A stretch of DNA of 64,000 nucleotides, taken from Paraspadella gotoi. Taxonomy: Eukaryota; Animalia; Chaetognatha. The notes under the pieces are model-generated. The model made no database searches and had not been told where the DNA came from. It was given only the letters and a program-made list of their open reading frames with translations. Shown in pieces: positions 1-15,900 of this stretch. The stretch spans positions 26,125,011-26,189,010 of the forward strand of contig CM119264.1 in NCBI GenBank assembly GCA_051294375.1, given 5' to 3'. The stretch's first letter is position 1. Each line of letters opens with the position of its first letter. The translations under genes and the position numbers were made by a program.

Positions 1-401
1 GTAATTCTTCCCTGACTTTGCCAGACTCGGATCATTGAAAACATCATAGATTCATGACACTAATGTTGTACTCGTGGTTATCCTCAACCGTACCACCCTG
101 GGCGTTAGTGGATCGGCGAGGCCGGGCGTCACCCCTCAGAGCTGCATCAAGCCAGAACGACCCGTCGACATTGTATGACGTAACGAGGGGTTATGAAGTG
201 ACGGATAGTCAACTCACACGACTAGAGACGCACATCTCGTTACCAGTCACAGATTTAGTAACCTGGCAATTGCAACATGGATTAACCTACGTCACATCCC
301 AGGTAGGTCCTCAGAGTCCGACGATCCTTCGTTAAGAGACGTCCAGTACGGCCGGCGAGCGTCACTAGGCCACCACAGTATGCCTATGGGCACACGCACG
401 C

Positions 402-3568
<3,167 letters not shown>

Positions 3569-4309
3569 AAAGTTTACATTTACATGAAATCGGTACAATA
3601 TAAAAAAATTATGATTTTAATCTCGAAATATATTAGTAACGACTTCACAAGATTAAATTTTCATTTCCTGATTTTGCCAAACTCAGCGATATTTTGAAAA
3701 CTGGATATAGAAAATTCTAAAATGTGTTGATACTCGTGCGTAGTTCGTCGAAGACCAACCGCGTTGGGATTCGGATGTCTCCCCTCTCGAGCTCAGTCAA
3801 GAAAACGGGATGACGTCGACGATGATGACGATGACGACGATGACGANNNNNNNNNNNNNNNNNNNNNNNNNTGAAGGTGCCGGTGTGAATATACCGCCAC
3901 AAAATCGTACGTCAATTTTGCTTTTGACAAGGTTACTTTAAAATCCTTGTTGTTATCCTGGTTATATAATAACGAGGATGTCGTCTTCGTAGTCGTCGTT
4001 GTCATCGTTACTATCGTCATCGTCATCGTCGTCACGTCATCATCGCTCGACGTCATCCCGTTTTCTTGACTGAGCTCGAGAGGGAGAACATCCGAATCCC
4101 AACGCGGGCGGTTGGTCTTCGCGACGAACTACGCACGATGTATCAACAACATTTTAGAATTTTTCTCTATATCCAGTTTTCAAAAATATTCGCTGAGTTT
4201 GGCAAAATCAGGAAATGAAAATTTAATCTTGTGAAGTCGTTACTAATATATTTTCGAGATTAAAAATCATAATTTTTTATATTGTAAGATTTCATGTAAT
4301 GTAAACTTT
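3569..4309. repeat. Inverted repeat: arms ~3569-3846 and ~4020-4309 either side of a 25-N gap
   Basis: 'aaagtttacatt...gctcagtcaagaaaacgggatgacgtcga' is the reverse complement of 'tcgacgtcatcccgttttcttgactgagc...aatgtaaacttt'. Confidence 0.9.
3847..3871. other. Assembly gap, 25 N
   Basis: Run of exactly 25 N. Confidence 1.
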
Positions 4310-4752
4310 GTAGTCGGGCCCATTTGCCTAGGTTCCAACCCCAGCCTATTAAAGCATGACACGCTTCAGGTCCTTCTGACCCGGCTGGCTGCATTGAGTA
4401 AAGCCATACAGCTCATGACCACTAGGTTACGCCGGGTTCAAATGCCCCAACACCGGTACCTACCCCGGCTGGTGGGAAAGCGTTTTAGGACGCGGCCCGT
4501 AGCGAGGCGCCTTGGGGGCGTGGCAACCGTCCACCATCCTTCAGCCAAATCCATTGGCTCATTGGGGGAACACACCATCCACAGTCCTAACGACTTTCCT
4601 CTGCGTTGGCAAAGCGAGACCGTCCTAGGGTAACCGCGCCAGTGACTGGAGGCGTCACTGAGGGTCGGAAGCCCCCAAAGCCAACAGTGAGATGCTCCAT
4701 CCCAATGGGCATCACAGGCAACCCGGCTGTTGCCATAACATATTAAAAAAAA
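4309..4752. mobile_element. GC-rich retroelement-like fragment (solo-LTR-like TGT...ACA, or non-LTR 3' UTR with A-tail)
   Basis: Abrupt GC-rich ~430-bp island starting TGTAGT (4309) and ending ATAACA (4740), followed by an A9 run. No TSD and no recognisable coding domain. Confidence 0.45.
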
Positions 4753-5639
4753 ATTAAGCAATTAAGCAATCGTATTCATGATCAAGAACAAAACGAGGAT
4801 GACAAAAGCGTCATTAGGACGACGATGATAACAACAATGATGACTGAATAGTAACAACTATTTTGACGGAAACACAATCATGTTGTCCTAAGACCGGGAC
4901 CACATCGAGAATGAAAAGGCCGAGAAAACCGTGTTCAACATTCCGACGACGACGACTGCGACAGCAAACGAAAACAACGACGACGACATTTCTGACGTCA
5001 ACGTTTACCGTTTTTTCACCTCAACTCATTTTTTCTGGGAATCGATTTCCGGCAGAAAAAAAAAAAAATCGGAAGGAGAAATCCGCGTCCCAAAACACAT
5101 TTTTGGGTTTGGAGGAGAAAATGAGGCGGAGGAAATTCGGTGAGGAAAGTTTGGTGAACGAAATTTGAGCGAATTATATTTGGTGAATGAAATTTGAGTG
5201 AATGATATTTGGTGAATGAAATTTGGGCGAATGAAAAAGAAGAAGAAGCCCTTAAGAGTCACCGCCATTTCGGAGGATGAGATGATAAAGAAATGAGAGA
5301 GGATGTTGAGGAAATGACCACCAACGGTTTTTCTTTTAAAATCAATAGACTTACCTATTTCCGGAGTTGAAAGGGTTGGTGCGGAAAAAGAAAAAGAGAC
5401 AAAAAGATTAATTCTTTCCGATAATAGTTAAAAATTGTGACTAATTTCCTGAACGATTACACCGAAAAAAAAAAATTGACCATAATTTTTTCACGTTTAA
5501 ACGCAAATCGAACTCTTTTTTTTTAAACTAAATTGTTCTCAATTCGGAAATTTTGTTATAAAAGAATTGATTAAAATTCTGAAATTTCTTTAATACCACA
5601 ATTTCCCCAAATTTAACAAGCTCGCTATTTCCGAACTTC

Positions 5640-5735
<96 letters not shown>

Positions 5736-5923
5736 GCTCTCCTCACGTCAGCAGCCAGCGATGATTGCTTCGGCGGCAGAACGATAGGGGTCGACGATAC
5801 TCATCTCTTTGTTTGTATTGAATTCCTAGAGAATTGTTTTCAATCAACTTCTTCAGATGGAAATATTCTATGAAAATATGGGGGCAATAAATCGATAAGA
5901 GAGAGAGGGAGAATTAGAGAGAG

Positions 5924-5960
<37 letters not shown>

Positions 5961-7633
5961 GTGAGAGAGAGAGAGAGTGGTCGAACCGGGCTGATCGTCG
6001 ATAGGGGAGAAAAAGAAAAGGGGAATGAAATAAAGAAAGAAAAAACGAGAAGAAGAAAAAAGATTGAAAAAAAAAGAAAAGAAAGGAACAAAGATTGAAA
6101 GAAGAATACGACAGTATAGAAAATAGAAAAATAGAAAATAGAACAAAAAAGAAAGAAAGAAACAAAAAACAAAGAAGGAGAAAAGAAACAAAAAAAAGGA
6201 GAGAGAAAGAAATTAAAAAAGAGAGAAAGTAATAACTAATAATAAAAGAGGAAAAAAAAATCGAAAAAAAATAAATAAAATGAGGGTGAAAAATAAAGGT
6301 GCAAGAACGTAAAACATAAAAATATAATTTACAAAATAACCACAGAAACCATAACAAAATAGAAGAATAAAAACCAAAATATAAAGAAACAAGAGGAAAT
6401 CGTCGCTAAAAAAAGGGCGAGAAATTAAAAGAAAGAAGGATAAAAAAAATGTTCTTAGAGAAAAATTTGTGAAGCGAAACACGATCGAGAATATTAAATG
6501 TAAACAAAAGCTTTGTTGGGCGTCGCCATGACCACGAGAGAAAAAATAAAACAGAAGAAAAAAAAAGAATAAAAAACAACAAAATATTGAAGCTGAGAAT
6601 AAGAATAAACAACAAAAAAGATACAAGATCCTAAACAACAAAAAGTCATTTCCCATTAGGATATATTCATAGTTGTTTGGCTTTCCTAATTCTTAAAAAC
6701 CCTAATGTACGTTTAAACCAAAATATAATAATTTATTAAAACTTCTCAAAAGATATCTCGGTACAATGTAGACTGTCTAAAAAGGGATTATATTTTTCGG
6801 GCAATGATTATTTTTTTTTTATCAATTTATCATTGTCCAAACCTTCAAAAAAATGGAAAAGAAAAGAAAAAAAAGAAAGAGAAAAGTCGTTAAATGACGC
6901 ATTTCTTTTCCTTTCTCCTTTGACTCTCAATCCGACGCCATCGATAAATTTGACCGACAACCGGAGTTTCCCGTCGGCCGGCTTTGTCGGTCAGCTCGAA
7001 AAGTGAGATTAAAAATTTTGAGGGTAAAAGTGTCGGGCAGCCTGGAAAATAAATTCGGTCGGTTGAGGACGGTAAAACAGAGCAATAAAGAAAAAGAATC
7101 TTTTCATAATTCGTGCTTTCATGCGACCATAAAATAAGTAAAGCGTCCGTCCAAAAACTTTAAGGTCGCCAAAGTGTCCGCCAGAAAGTGTCGAACGGGC
7201 GACAGAGGAAGAATTGTCCAAGTGTCAGTTTGACCGGACATTCCGCCGTACAAAAGAAAGTGTCGGACGAATCGAAAAAGAGTTCCGGTCAGTCAAGCAA
7301 AGCCAATAATACCGGAGAAAGGGGGGGAAAGAGAATCGTCTCTCCCTCTTGAACGGGCGATGGGGCAGCAAATGGGGCGTCAGCGCCGCAAATGGGGCGA
7401 CGGCGCCGCAAATGGGGCGATGGGACCGCAAATCGATGGCGTCTCCTAGCGGACGTTGAAGGATTTATGCGATTGCTTCGTCGTGTCTTCATTCGGGATT
7501 TCGAGAGGTTTTTATGTTATACGAACATGACTAAGTTAATTCGTTCTTATTTTTGGCTTTTACGAATGAGATTCTTTGAATGATTATTCAATTTTCGAAC
7601 GATGAAATCATGAAAGTGGTGACAAGCACGAGA
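4726..7633 (+). repeat. Duplicated block A, copy 2
   Basis: Colinear with 402-3568. Confidence 0.95.
7360..7440 (+). repeat. ~20-bp GC-rich minisatellite (gcaaatggggcgacggcgcc), about 4 copies; noisier copy at ~3282-3365
   Basis: Repeated 'gcaaatggggcg' visible directly. Confidence 0.8.
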
Positions 7634-8159
7634 TTAGCACGAATAATTTAGTCGATTATTAACAATTACAATTAATCAGTTATTTTTGGATGTCGATGTC
7701 AGTTTTATTTACTTGTTTTTGAGGAAGCAAACATTCGCTCCCGAAGACGCAACACAGACCGTTGCTGCATAATTAAAATTGTTTGCGAATCTCGTCCACC
7801 AAGTCGGCATCTTCGTCGTTTGTCCTTGTCTTCGACGTCGTCGTTGTTTTCGTGGTCTCAAAGAATCTGTCGTTGTTCTCTTATTTTTCTCAGTTTCTCA
7901 CTTAGTTCCGCAGAAACAGGAACAGATGGCGACCAGATGTTGTCGCTTCGATGCTCCTTTGTTAATTGCTCAAAAAAATAGGGAGGCAAAGGAAAGTGAG
8001 AGAGGGAGTGGGAGAGAGAGAGAGAGTAGAGAGAGAGAGAGAGAAAGAGTGAGAGAAATAATCAATTTCGTTTTAGCGGATTTTTGGAAACAAACTCTTC
8101 CGACGGATGATGGATATCGTAAAAAGCTATCGCGAGAAAAATACCTCCTAAACAGAAAT

Positions 8160-8191
<32 letters not shown>

Positions 8192-9152
8192 ATTCTCGTC
8201 TCCTCCTCCTCTCTCTCTCTCTCTCTCTCCTCTCTCTCTAAACGGATGGAATTTGGAAAAAAGACAAATGGTTCATCTGATACAGATCTAGTGGGAATCG
8301 ACCTTTGGCGACCTCCCGCCGTCTTCTATGACACCTCCTAAGATGCCAAGTGGACATCTCCCTTCCCTAACACATCCAGTGGGAACCTCACTTTCACAGC
8401 CCAGCCCCTTTGGCTACGGTGGTCATCTCCCTTCCACCCCCAACTACTTTATACGACCAGCGGACACGTCCTTTTAACCCTCAGCCCCTTAGGCCCCCGG
8501 CGGAAATCTCGACTCCCCCAAAACATTCCTCACCACCTTTTTTACCCTATGACCCCCTTTACCACCACCCCATCCACTCAGTAACTCCTTAAACTCTTTG
8601 ACCCATATTCTCACCACCCCTCCTGCCCTCCGATCCCCCTTGGTACTCTCCGCGACCTCAAGACGAAATCGAACACCAAATTTGGCGCTAAGAAAGAAAG
8701 GATGGAATCGAAAATTCCGAATCGGCTCTTACGTACATACACATAAGAACGTACATAGGAAAGTACGTACCTCTGTTCATTTGTTTTAATTTCAAACACA
8801 ATATATATAACTTATTTTTAGTAGCTTTTATGCAAACAAATATGACCCCAAAGAGTAAAAAAAAATGTTGCCGTGTTGAGAAAAATGTCACTGAAATGAA
8901 GATTTTAAATCTCACTCAGATTTGACGTTTTTCTTCATCATAACATCAAAAAATTAAATTTTTTAAAGTTTTTGAAAAGTAATCGCCTTGATGCATTCCT
9001 TAAATTTTATTGTAAAATTTCATAACAAATAAGAAACGCAAAATGTTTTGGTCTTTTTGTCTTTTAAGTTTTTCCTGTGGTCTCTGACCTTCACATTTGA
9101 ATCCCTCAGACACTTGAGAAGTAGGATATCGACCTGGTTGACCGAGAGAGAG

Positions 9153-9192
<40 letters not shown>

Positions 9193-9481
9193 GGAAATGA
9201 TTCCAAGGAAAAAAAGAGCAATCTTAGATAAAGTAACCGAGAAAGCCACAGAGAGGAAGAGCAAGAAATAGAGAGACAGAGAGAGATCCTTGGAAGTCTG
9301 GAGGGAGAAAATTTATAAGTTTGAGGCGAGACAAACATTTTTACCTTGAAATTTAGTGGGCGTCTGGCCGAAGAAAGGACGACGAAAAAGGGGGCAAAAA
9401 AGTAAAGTGAGCATAACGTGGGTATAACGATGGAAAAAGAGATGATAGAAATGTAAAAGAAAATGTTAAGTGTGAAGAACG

Positions 9482-9780
9482 AGGTAGGAAGAGATGATAG
9501 AAAGGAAGAAGTATGAAAAGTGAAAGCTGGAGAGGAAGAGTGAAGAAGGTAGGAAAAGATGATAGAAAGGAAGAAATATGAAAAGAGAAAGCTGGAGAGG
9601 AAGAGTGAAAAAGGTAGGAACAGATGATAGAAAGGAAGAAGTATGAAAAGAGAAAGCTGGAGAGGAAGAGTGAAGAAGGTAGGAAAGGATGATAGAAAGG
9701 ACGAAGTATGAAAAGAGAAAGCTGGAGAGGAAGAGTGAAGAAGGTAGGAAAGGATGATAGAAAGGAGGAGAGGAAGTATT
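9482..9780 (+). repeat. 65-bp purine-rich minisatellite, ~4.5 copies
   Basis: Unit aggtaggaaaagatgatagaaaggaagaagtatgaaaagagaaagctggagaggaagagtgaaga starts at 9482, 9547, 9612, 9677 and 9742. Confidence 0.93.
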
Positions 9781-10600
9781 AAAAGAAAAAGTGGGAGAAG
9801 GCGAGGAATTTCACCTCGCAACTTTTGATGATAAGAGGAAAGTGAGAAACTCATCTGCCCGACGACCGAAGGCTGAGATAAGGAGGAAACGAGGGCGACT
9901 CTCTCCTTGGGGGGGGGAAAGAGGGTGGAAGTTGAGGGGTGTGGAGGGGAATTTTGAAAGGGGGTGGAAGGGGTGATTTGGAAAGGGGTTTGTGTGGGGC
10001 GAGAGAGATAAAGAGGTGGGTTAAATAAAGACATGGGAAAGAAAAACAGTTCGCAGGAGGAAATAGAAATTTTGTACAGCGACCAAAACGAGTGGGAATT
10101 AATAGGCAGAATTTTGAAGGGAAAAAAAAATATAACGAAGTGTATTGGAATAAGAAAATTATAAAAAAGAACTTAAGTTTAGGTGGTTGAAATATTAGAA
10201 GTATAATAATAATAATAATAATAATATAATAATATTATAACAGAGATAAAAACAAGTTTAAGCAAACAAACTAAAAAGACGGTGAGGTAAAAAAGGGTTG
10301 AGGGTAAAACGGGGAAAAAAGAGGGAAATTAAGGCGAGATTAAGATTAAAGACGTAGAATTTTAGAGAAAGGGAAGAGGGAGAAGAAGAAGGGTGGAAGG
10401 AGAAAAGAAGGAGACGATAAGAAAGAAGAAGAGGTAAAAGAAAAGGAGGAAGAACATCAAGAATAAGGGGAAAAAAATTGGGAAAAAAGAGAGGTAAAAA
10501 AAAAAAAGAAGAAAACACCCAGCGATCAAAAAAATTGCCGCGAAACGGAATTTTAACTTTAATTTTGGGTTTTTTCGTGGCACAAAAGAAATGAAACTTT

Positions 10601-10733
10601 AACTCTATTGTATTTAGAGAAAAGCAAAGTTTTTAATGTGGTACAACTCGTTGTACCACAATTAAAAACTTTGTTTTTCTCTAAATCATAATAACAACGA
10701 AAACGAAAGGTTTATCGCATCAACTCTATTGTA
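10601..10733. mobile_element. Small fold-back insertion (~75-bp hairpin) flanked by a 12-bp direct repeat
   Basis: AACTCTATTGTA at 10601-10612 and 10722-10733; internal atttagagaaaagcaaagtttttaatgtggtacaac / gttgtaccacaattaaaaactttgtttttctctaaat. Confidence 0.65.
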
Positions 10734-10756
10734 AAAAAAAGTCAATGAAATTTTCG

Positions 10757-10792
10757 TTTCATTCATTCATCATTTCATTTATTTATTTATTT

Positions 10793-10878
<86 letters not shown>

Positions 10879-10917
10879 TATTTATTTTATTTATTTATTC
10901 ATTCATTCATTATTATT

Positions 10918-10957
<40 letters not shown>

Positions 10958-11270
10958 TTTTATTATTTATTTATTTATTCATTCATTCACTCATTCATTC
11001 TTCATTCATTCATTCATTCATTCATTCATTCATTCATTCGTTCATTTATTTATTTATTTATTTATTCATTCATTCATACATTCATTCATTCATACATTCA
11101 TTCATTCATTCATTCATTTACTCATTGATTCATTCATTCATTCATTCCTTCTTTCCTTCCTTCCTTCCTTCATTCATTCATTCATTCATTCATTCATTCA
11201 TTCATTCATTCATTCATTCATTCATTCCTTCATTCATTCATTCACTCATTCCTTCCTTCATTCATTCATA
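10757..11270 (+). repeat. Compound tetranucleotide microsatellite (ATTT)n-(ATTC)n-(CCTT)n
   Basis: Seen directly; source of the 'FIYL/FIHS' ORFs. Confidence 0.97.
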
Positions 11271-11615
11271 AATTCAGATCGACTTATATCTTGATCTTTC
11301 CCTCAGAGACTCGCGAATCGACGAAGAGGACGAAACAAATGTGGCGTTTGATCTGCGAAAGGAAAAAGAAAGGAAAAAGAAAAAAAAAAGAAAAAAAAGG
11401 AAAAAGAAGGGAGAAATGGGGGATAAAATGAGGAGGAAAAAAAGAGATAAAACTCAACGAAAATCCATCGTTTTTCATCCGTTTTTTTCTTCTTCTTCTT
11501 CTTCTTCTTAGCGAGTTTCGTTTCGAGGGAAACCCAGGCCCACCCGCGATGACCTCACCCACTGAGAAACCCAGACCAGACACACACACACTCTCTCTCT
11601 CTCTCTCTCTCTCTC

Positions 11616-11693
<78 letters not shown>

Positions 11694-12229
11694 TCCCTCT
11701 CTCTTCAGACTGATGGGACAGAGAGACCCTCCCCTTAAGGATTTTCTGAGTCCATTTTCACAATCCCCCACCCAAACATAACCAGGTCGGCCCTCTCACA
11801 AACTGGTTCACAAACTGTTTCGCCACTCGCGCGTAATTTTTCAATCGGTCTGAGAGTCGTTGCTCAAACACCAGACTAAAACTACCACCCCTGGCGCCAC
11901 TACCTTTTCACCCAACCACTTAGCCACCTAACCACTCGCTCCCTCCCAACCGGACGAAATTAACGAGTCGCCCATAAAATAGTCGGATGGAAATTGAAAC
12001 GGAGTCTCTCTCTCTCTCTCTTCCTCTCTCTCTCTCTCCCTCGCGTCGGCGTCGAGGGAATTCGTGTCGCTGCGCAGTAAAATTGACCACCTGGTTACGC
12101 GGGCGCTTTATTCCTTTTACATTCCCTCCGCCGTTTTGCGGAAAGAGGGAGGGGTTGTGGAAGGGGGATGGAAGAGAAGGGTGTGGAAGACTAAAGGGAG
12201 AAAAGTGACTCCACCTAATTTGGGATAAA

Positions 12230-12670
12230 ACGGAAGGGGGAGGAAGAGGGAGGAAGAGGGAGGAAGAGAGAGAAGGGAGAGGAAGAAGGAGGAAGGGGGT
12301 GAGGGGAAGTAGGAAGAGGTGAGGAAACTAGAGAATTATGAAGGGGAGGAAGGAGGAGAAGAAGGAGCAAGGGGAAGAAGGGAGGAAGGGGAGGAAGAGA
12401 GAGAAGGGAGAGGAAGAAGGGGTGAGGGGAAGTAGGAAGAGGTGAGGAAATCTAGAGGATTATGAAGGGGAGGAAGGAGGAGGAAGAAGGAAGCAAGGGG
12501 GACGAAGGGGAGGAAGAAGGAGGAAGGGGAAGAAGGGGATGAAAGGGGGAGGAAGTGGGAGGAAGGCGGAGGAAGGGGAGTAAGGGGGAGAAAGGGGGAG
12601 GAATGAGGGAAGGGGAAGTAGGAAGAGCGATGAAATCCAGAGTATTACGAAGGAAGAAGACGGAAGAAAT
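12230..12670 (+). repeat. Polypurine (G/A) low-complexity tract with internal degenerate repeats
   Basis: Nearly pyrimidine-free; 'ggggtgaggggaagtaggaagaggtgaggaaa.ctagag.attatgaagggg' occurs twice. Confidence 0.85.
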
Positions 12671-13324
12671 TTAGAAACTGGAAAAGCGGACAACGAGTAA
12701 ATAATGAAGCTTTAAAGTCGAGAGAGAAAAAAAAAGCGAAAAAAGATATGCGAGTCATGAGATAAAAAATGGAAAGGGAAAAAGAAGCAAAAAAAAGTGA
12801 AGCGTAGCTGTTGAAACTATTAATAATTAAGAGAATGGCACAGACGCGTTAGATTTGTCAAATCATTTATCGAGAGTTATTATAAATGGGTTTTATAAAT
12901 TCAGTAGTTTTTTTATTTAGTTGAATTTTATTTATTTTTTTTTTTTTTGCGAAGAAACGTAGTCAGTGTCGCCTTCCTCGATATCACCGCTATTAGCATC
13001 AACTCATCTCATTACTTTTTTTTCTGTCCGCCATTTCCTTTCTCTTTTCCTTTTTCTCCATTTTTATTTCCTTTCCTCCTTTTTGCCCTCTCTCTCTTTT
13101 GAAGTCCGGATCATCCAAGCTCTACTTTTCTTTCTCATCTATTTCTGCTTTTTTTTTCTTCCTCTCTTAACTTGCACTTCTCTTTCTTCCTCTCTTTCCA
13201 GTGTTACTCTTCCTAACATTTTTATTCTTCCTTTTCATTATATCCTTTTCCTTCCAGCCTCCCTTGCTTTCTTTTTTGAGATATTATCTTTCCATAGCTT
13301 TATCACTAGATGTTCATTTCCCTT

Positions 13325-13367
<43 letters not shown>

Positions 13368-13373
13368 TCTCTC

Positions 13374-13419
<46 letters not shown>

Positions 13420-14231
13420 GTACCCTTCTTTTCCAATCTAACTTCTTCTTTTTCTGTTGACCCATCGAAACTTCTTTCCTTTCACTTCGCGTTTTTTCCT
13501 TATTTGGTCATTTGACTCCTCGTCCTTTACATCCTTTTTTTTGTCTTCTTTCCTTTTTCTTTTCTTTAACTTTTTTTTTAATAACTTTTTCTACTTCTTT
13601 TTCTCTACCACCCTTTTCTTTTTTTTATCCACACTCAATATGTTCTTTTACTCTCTTTTCCTCTCCTTTCTATCCCTCACTCTCTTCTAGCTAATCCCTC
13701 CTCCCATCTCTTTCCTTCCTCCTTCCTCCCTTTCCTCTCAAGCCACGCCCCCTTTTTTCAACGAGACGCCGCTTTCCCTTTTTATCTCACGAAAGTTATT
13801 AAACGTTTTCATCATGAATTTTTTACAACTTTTTTGCTTTTTCTTTTTAGCTCCAGATTTCACATCTTGTTTTCTGAATTTATGAACCACTTTCATGTTT
13901 CTCAAGTTTTTTAGATTTTTTTGGTTGAGGTTGTAAAAATGAAACTGAAAATATTTCATTAAAAATAAAAATATAAAACGTCTTCAGAAATAAAGCTTTG
14001 TCATTGATATTTTTGGAATGTAGTTATATAAAACAGTACTAAACATAGCCGCGTTTTTGGTTTATAAACATATTTAAACAGTCAATACCTTTTACTAAGC
14101 GGTAAACCATAGAATCGGATACGAAACGAGGGCATCACAACCTCGAAGCGTTTTGACTCGTTTGACGTTGTTGTCAACCCATTCTCACCTCTTTGGTTAA
14201 TGGAGAATGGGGAGGGGAAAAAAAAAAAAAA

Positions 14232-14271
<40 letters not shown>

Positions 14272-15846
14272 ACGAGGAAGGCACAAGCAAGATAGACAGC
14301 CAGACAGACCGTAAGCCGCATCGTGGTCGTTTAAGAACTACACCGAGACATGATATCAATAAGACAAGAAATCATGAACCAATTGGTTCTTGGAAGGGAG
14401 AGGGATAAAATCGTTAAATTGGAAAATCAAAAAATTAGATTTACATAAAGTCATGTGCATAAAAAATCCCGACACTTTATTTCAAACTTTAAAATTCACC
14501 CTATTTCCTTGAATTTTTCAAAAAATTGTTAAAATAATTAAAGATAATGAGTTTGGCATAAATTTTATTAAAATCGGGCTATCCATTTAGGAGCAGTGAT
14601 TTTTTAAAATAAAGTACTCGACAACAAAACTGAATGAGAAAAAATCTGATAGATTTAAAACTAATCTTTTTTTGGATATTTTATATTAAAAGAAATTATA
14701 CTGAACATTAGGAGGAATAGCTGGCTTGCCCTAGATCCTTAAATAATTATCTTAAGTTTATTGAAATATTTGATGAATTATAAGTCTATGATTCTGAAGC
14801 TTTTAGATAAAAGTCAATTTTCCGTTTGATTCAAGTTTAAAAAATTATATCTCTAAACCACTTGACCGATTGTAATAAAATTAAAAACATTGATTCCTAT
14901 TTAAAAAAATATTTTTTTTTATAATTTATAAAAATATCTTTTTAAAGAGTCTGGAATTTAAAGTTATAAAGTTGTACAGGAGTGTAGTTTTTACTTTCTT
15001 CAAAACGTGAATTTGTTTCATAGGCAAATAGTAAAAATATTCTTTTTCAACCTAACGAGATTCAAACGGCGGCAAAAAAAAAAAATTTCAAATGCAAAAC
15101 AGTCCGCAAAAAAGAGAAAAAGAAAAAAGGTAAAAAATAAGGCGCGACAAAAAAGAGCAAAAAAAAAAAAATAAATAAAATAAAAAGAAAGAAAACGGAG
15201 AGGAGGAAGAGACGAGCTTATTTTTTATTCAGATTAATGGACGATGAAAATATTATGAGGGCGACAAAACAAAAGGAGCGTCGTTATTCCGATACTAAAT
15301 ATACAGGACCTCGAGTATGGCCGCATTGACGAACGTTAATGTCCAAATATGGTCAAAAATATTCTAAAGTATTTGGCTTTACTGTTATCATCGGGGTTGT
15401 TGTATTAAGGATATTAATAATTCGGTTATATTATTCAAAAATAAGAAAAGAATACGTTAAGAGGATAACAAGAACAGGAACAACAACAACAACAACCATA
15501 CCATCAGCATCAGGGATAACAAAGCTACAACATTTGACCGACTAAATAAAAAAACAACAAACAACAGCAAGAACACAAAAATTTATCAATCTCTTCTTTC
15601 CTCTCCTCGGTTTTTTTTTCTTCGGAAAAACGGAAAAACTTCTGACAAACAGTAAAGATGATATCGGAAAAAGAATAACCGCCGAATACTGAAGAGGCAG
15701 CCCGGCGGAGTCGGCAGCGGCGTCGAGCCGCAGGGCCGAAAACGAGGCCAAACAAACAAACAAACGAAAACCTGGAATAAAAAAAATAGAGGCGAAGAAA
15801 TAAAAACTGTGAATCTGATCTTGATCTCCTTTCTCTCTCTCTGCTT

Positions 15847-15900
<54 letters not shown>

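Noticed and set aside
9000-10034. 344-aa ORF, the longest in the window
   Set aside because: It is the antisense of a purine-rich tract and the 65-bp minisatellite, and the frame differs in the second copy (19289-20050).
14440-15010. AT-rich segment with MITE-like internal motifs (aaaatcgg...tttaggag / ctaaaccacttgaccgatt)
   Set aside because: No termini or TSD could be defined, so it is not called as an element.
15689-15750. CTGAAGA...GAAA hammerhead candidate
   Set aside because: No compatible stem III/NUH cleavage site or stem I was found.
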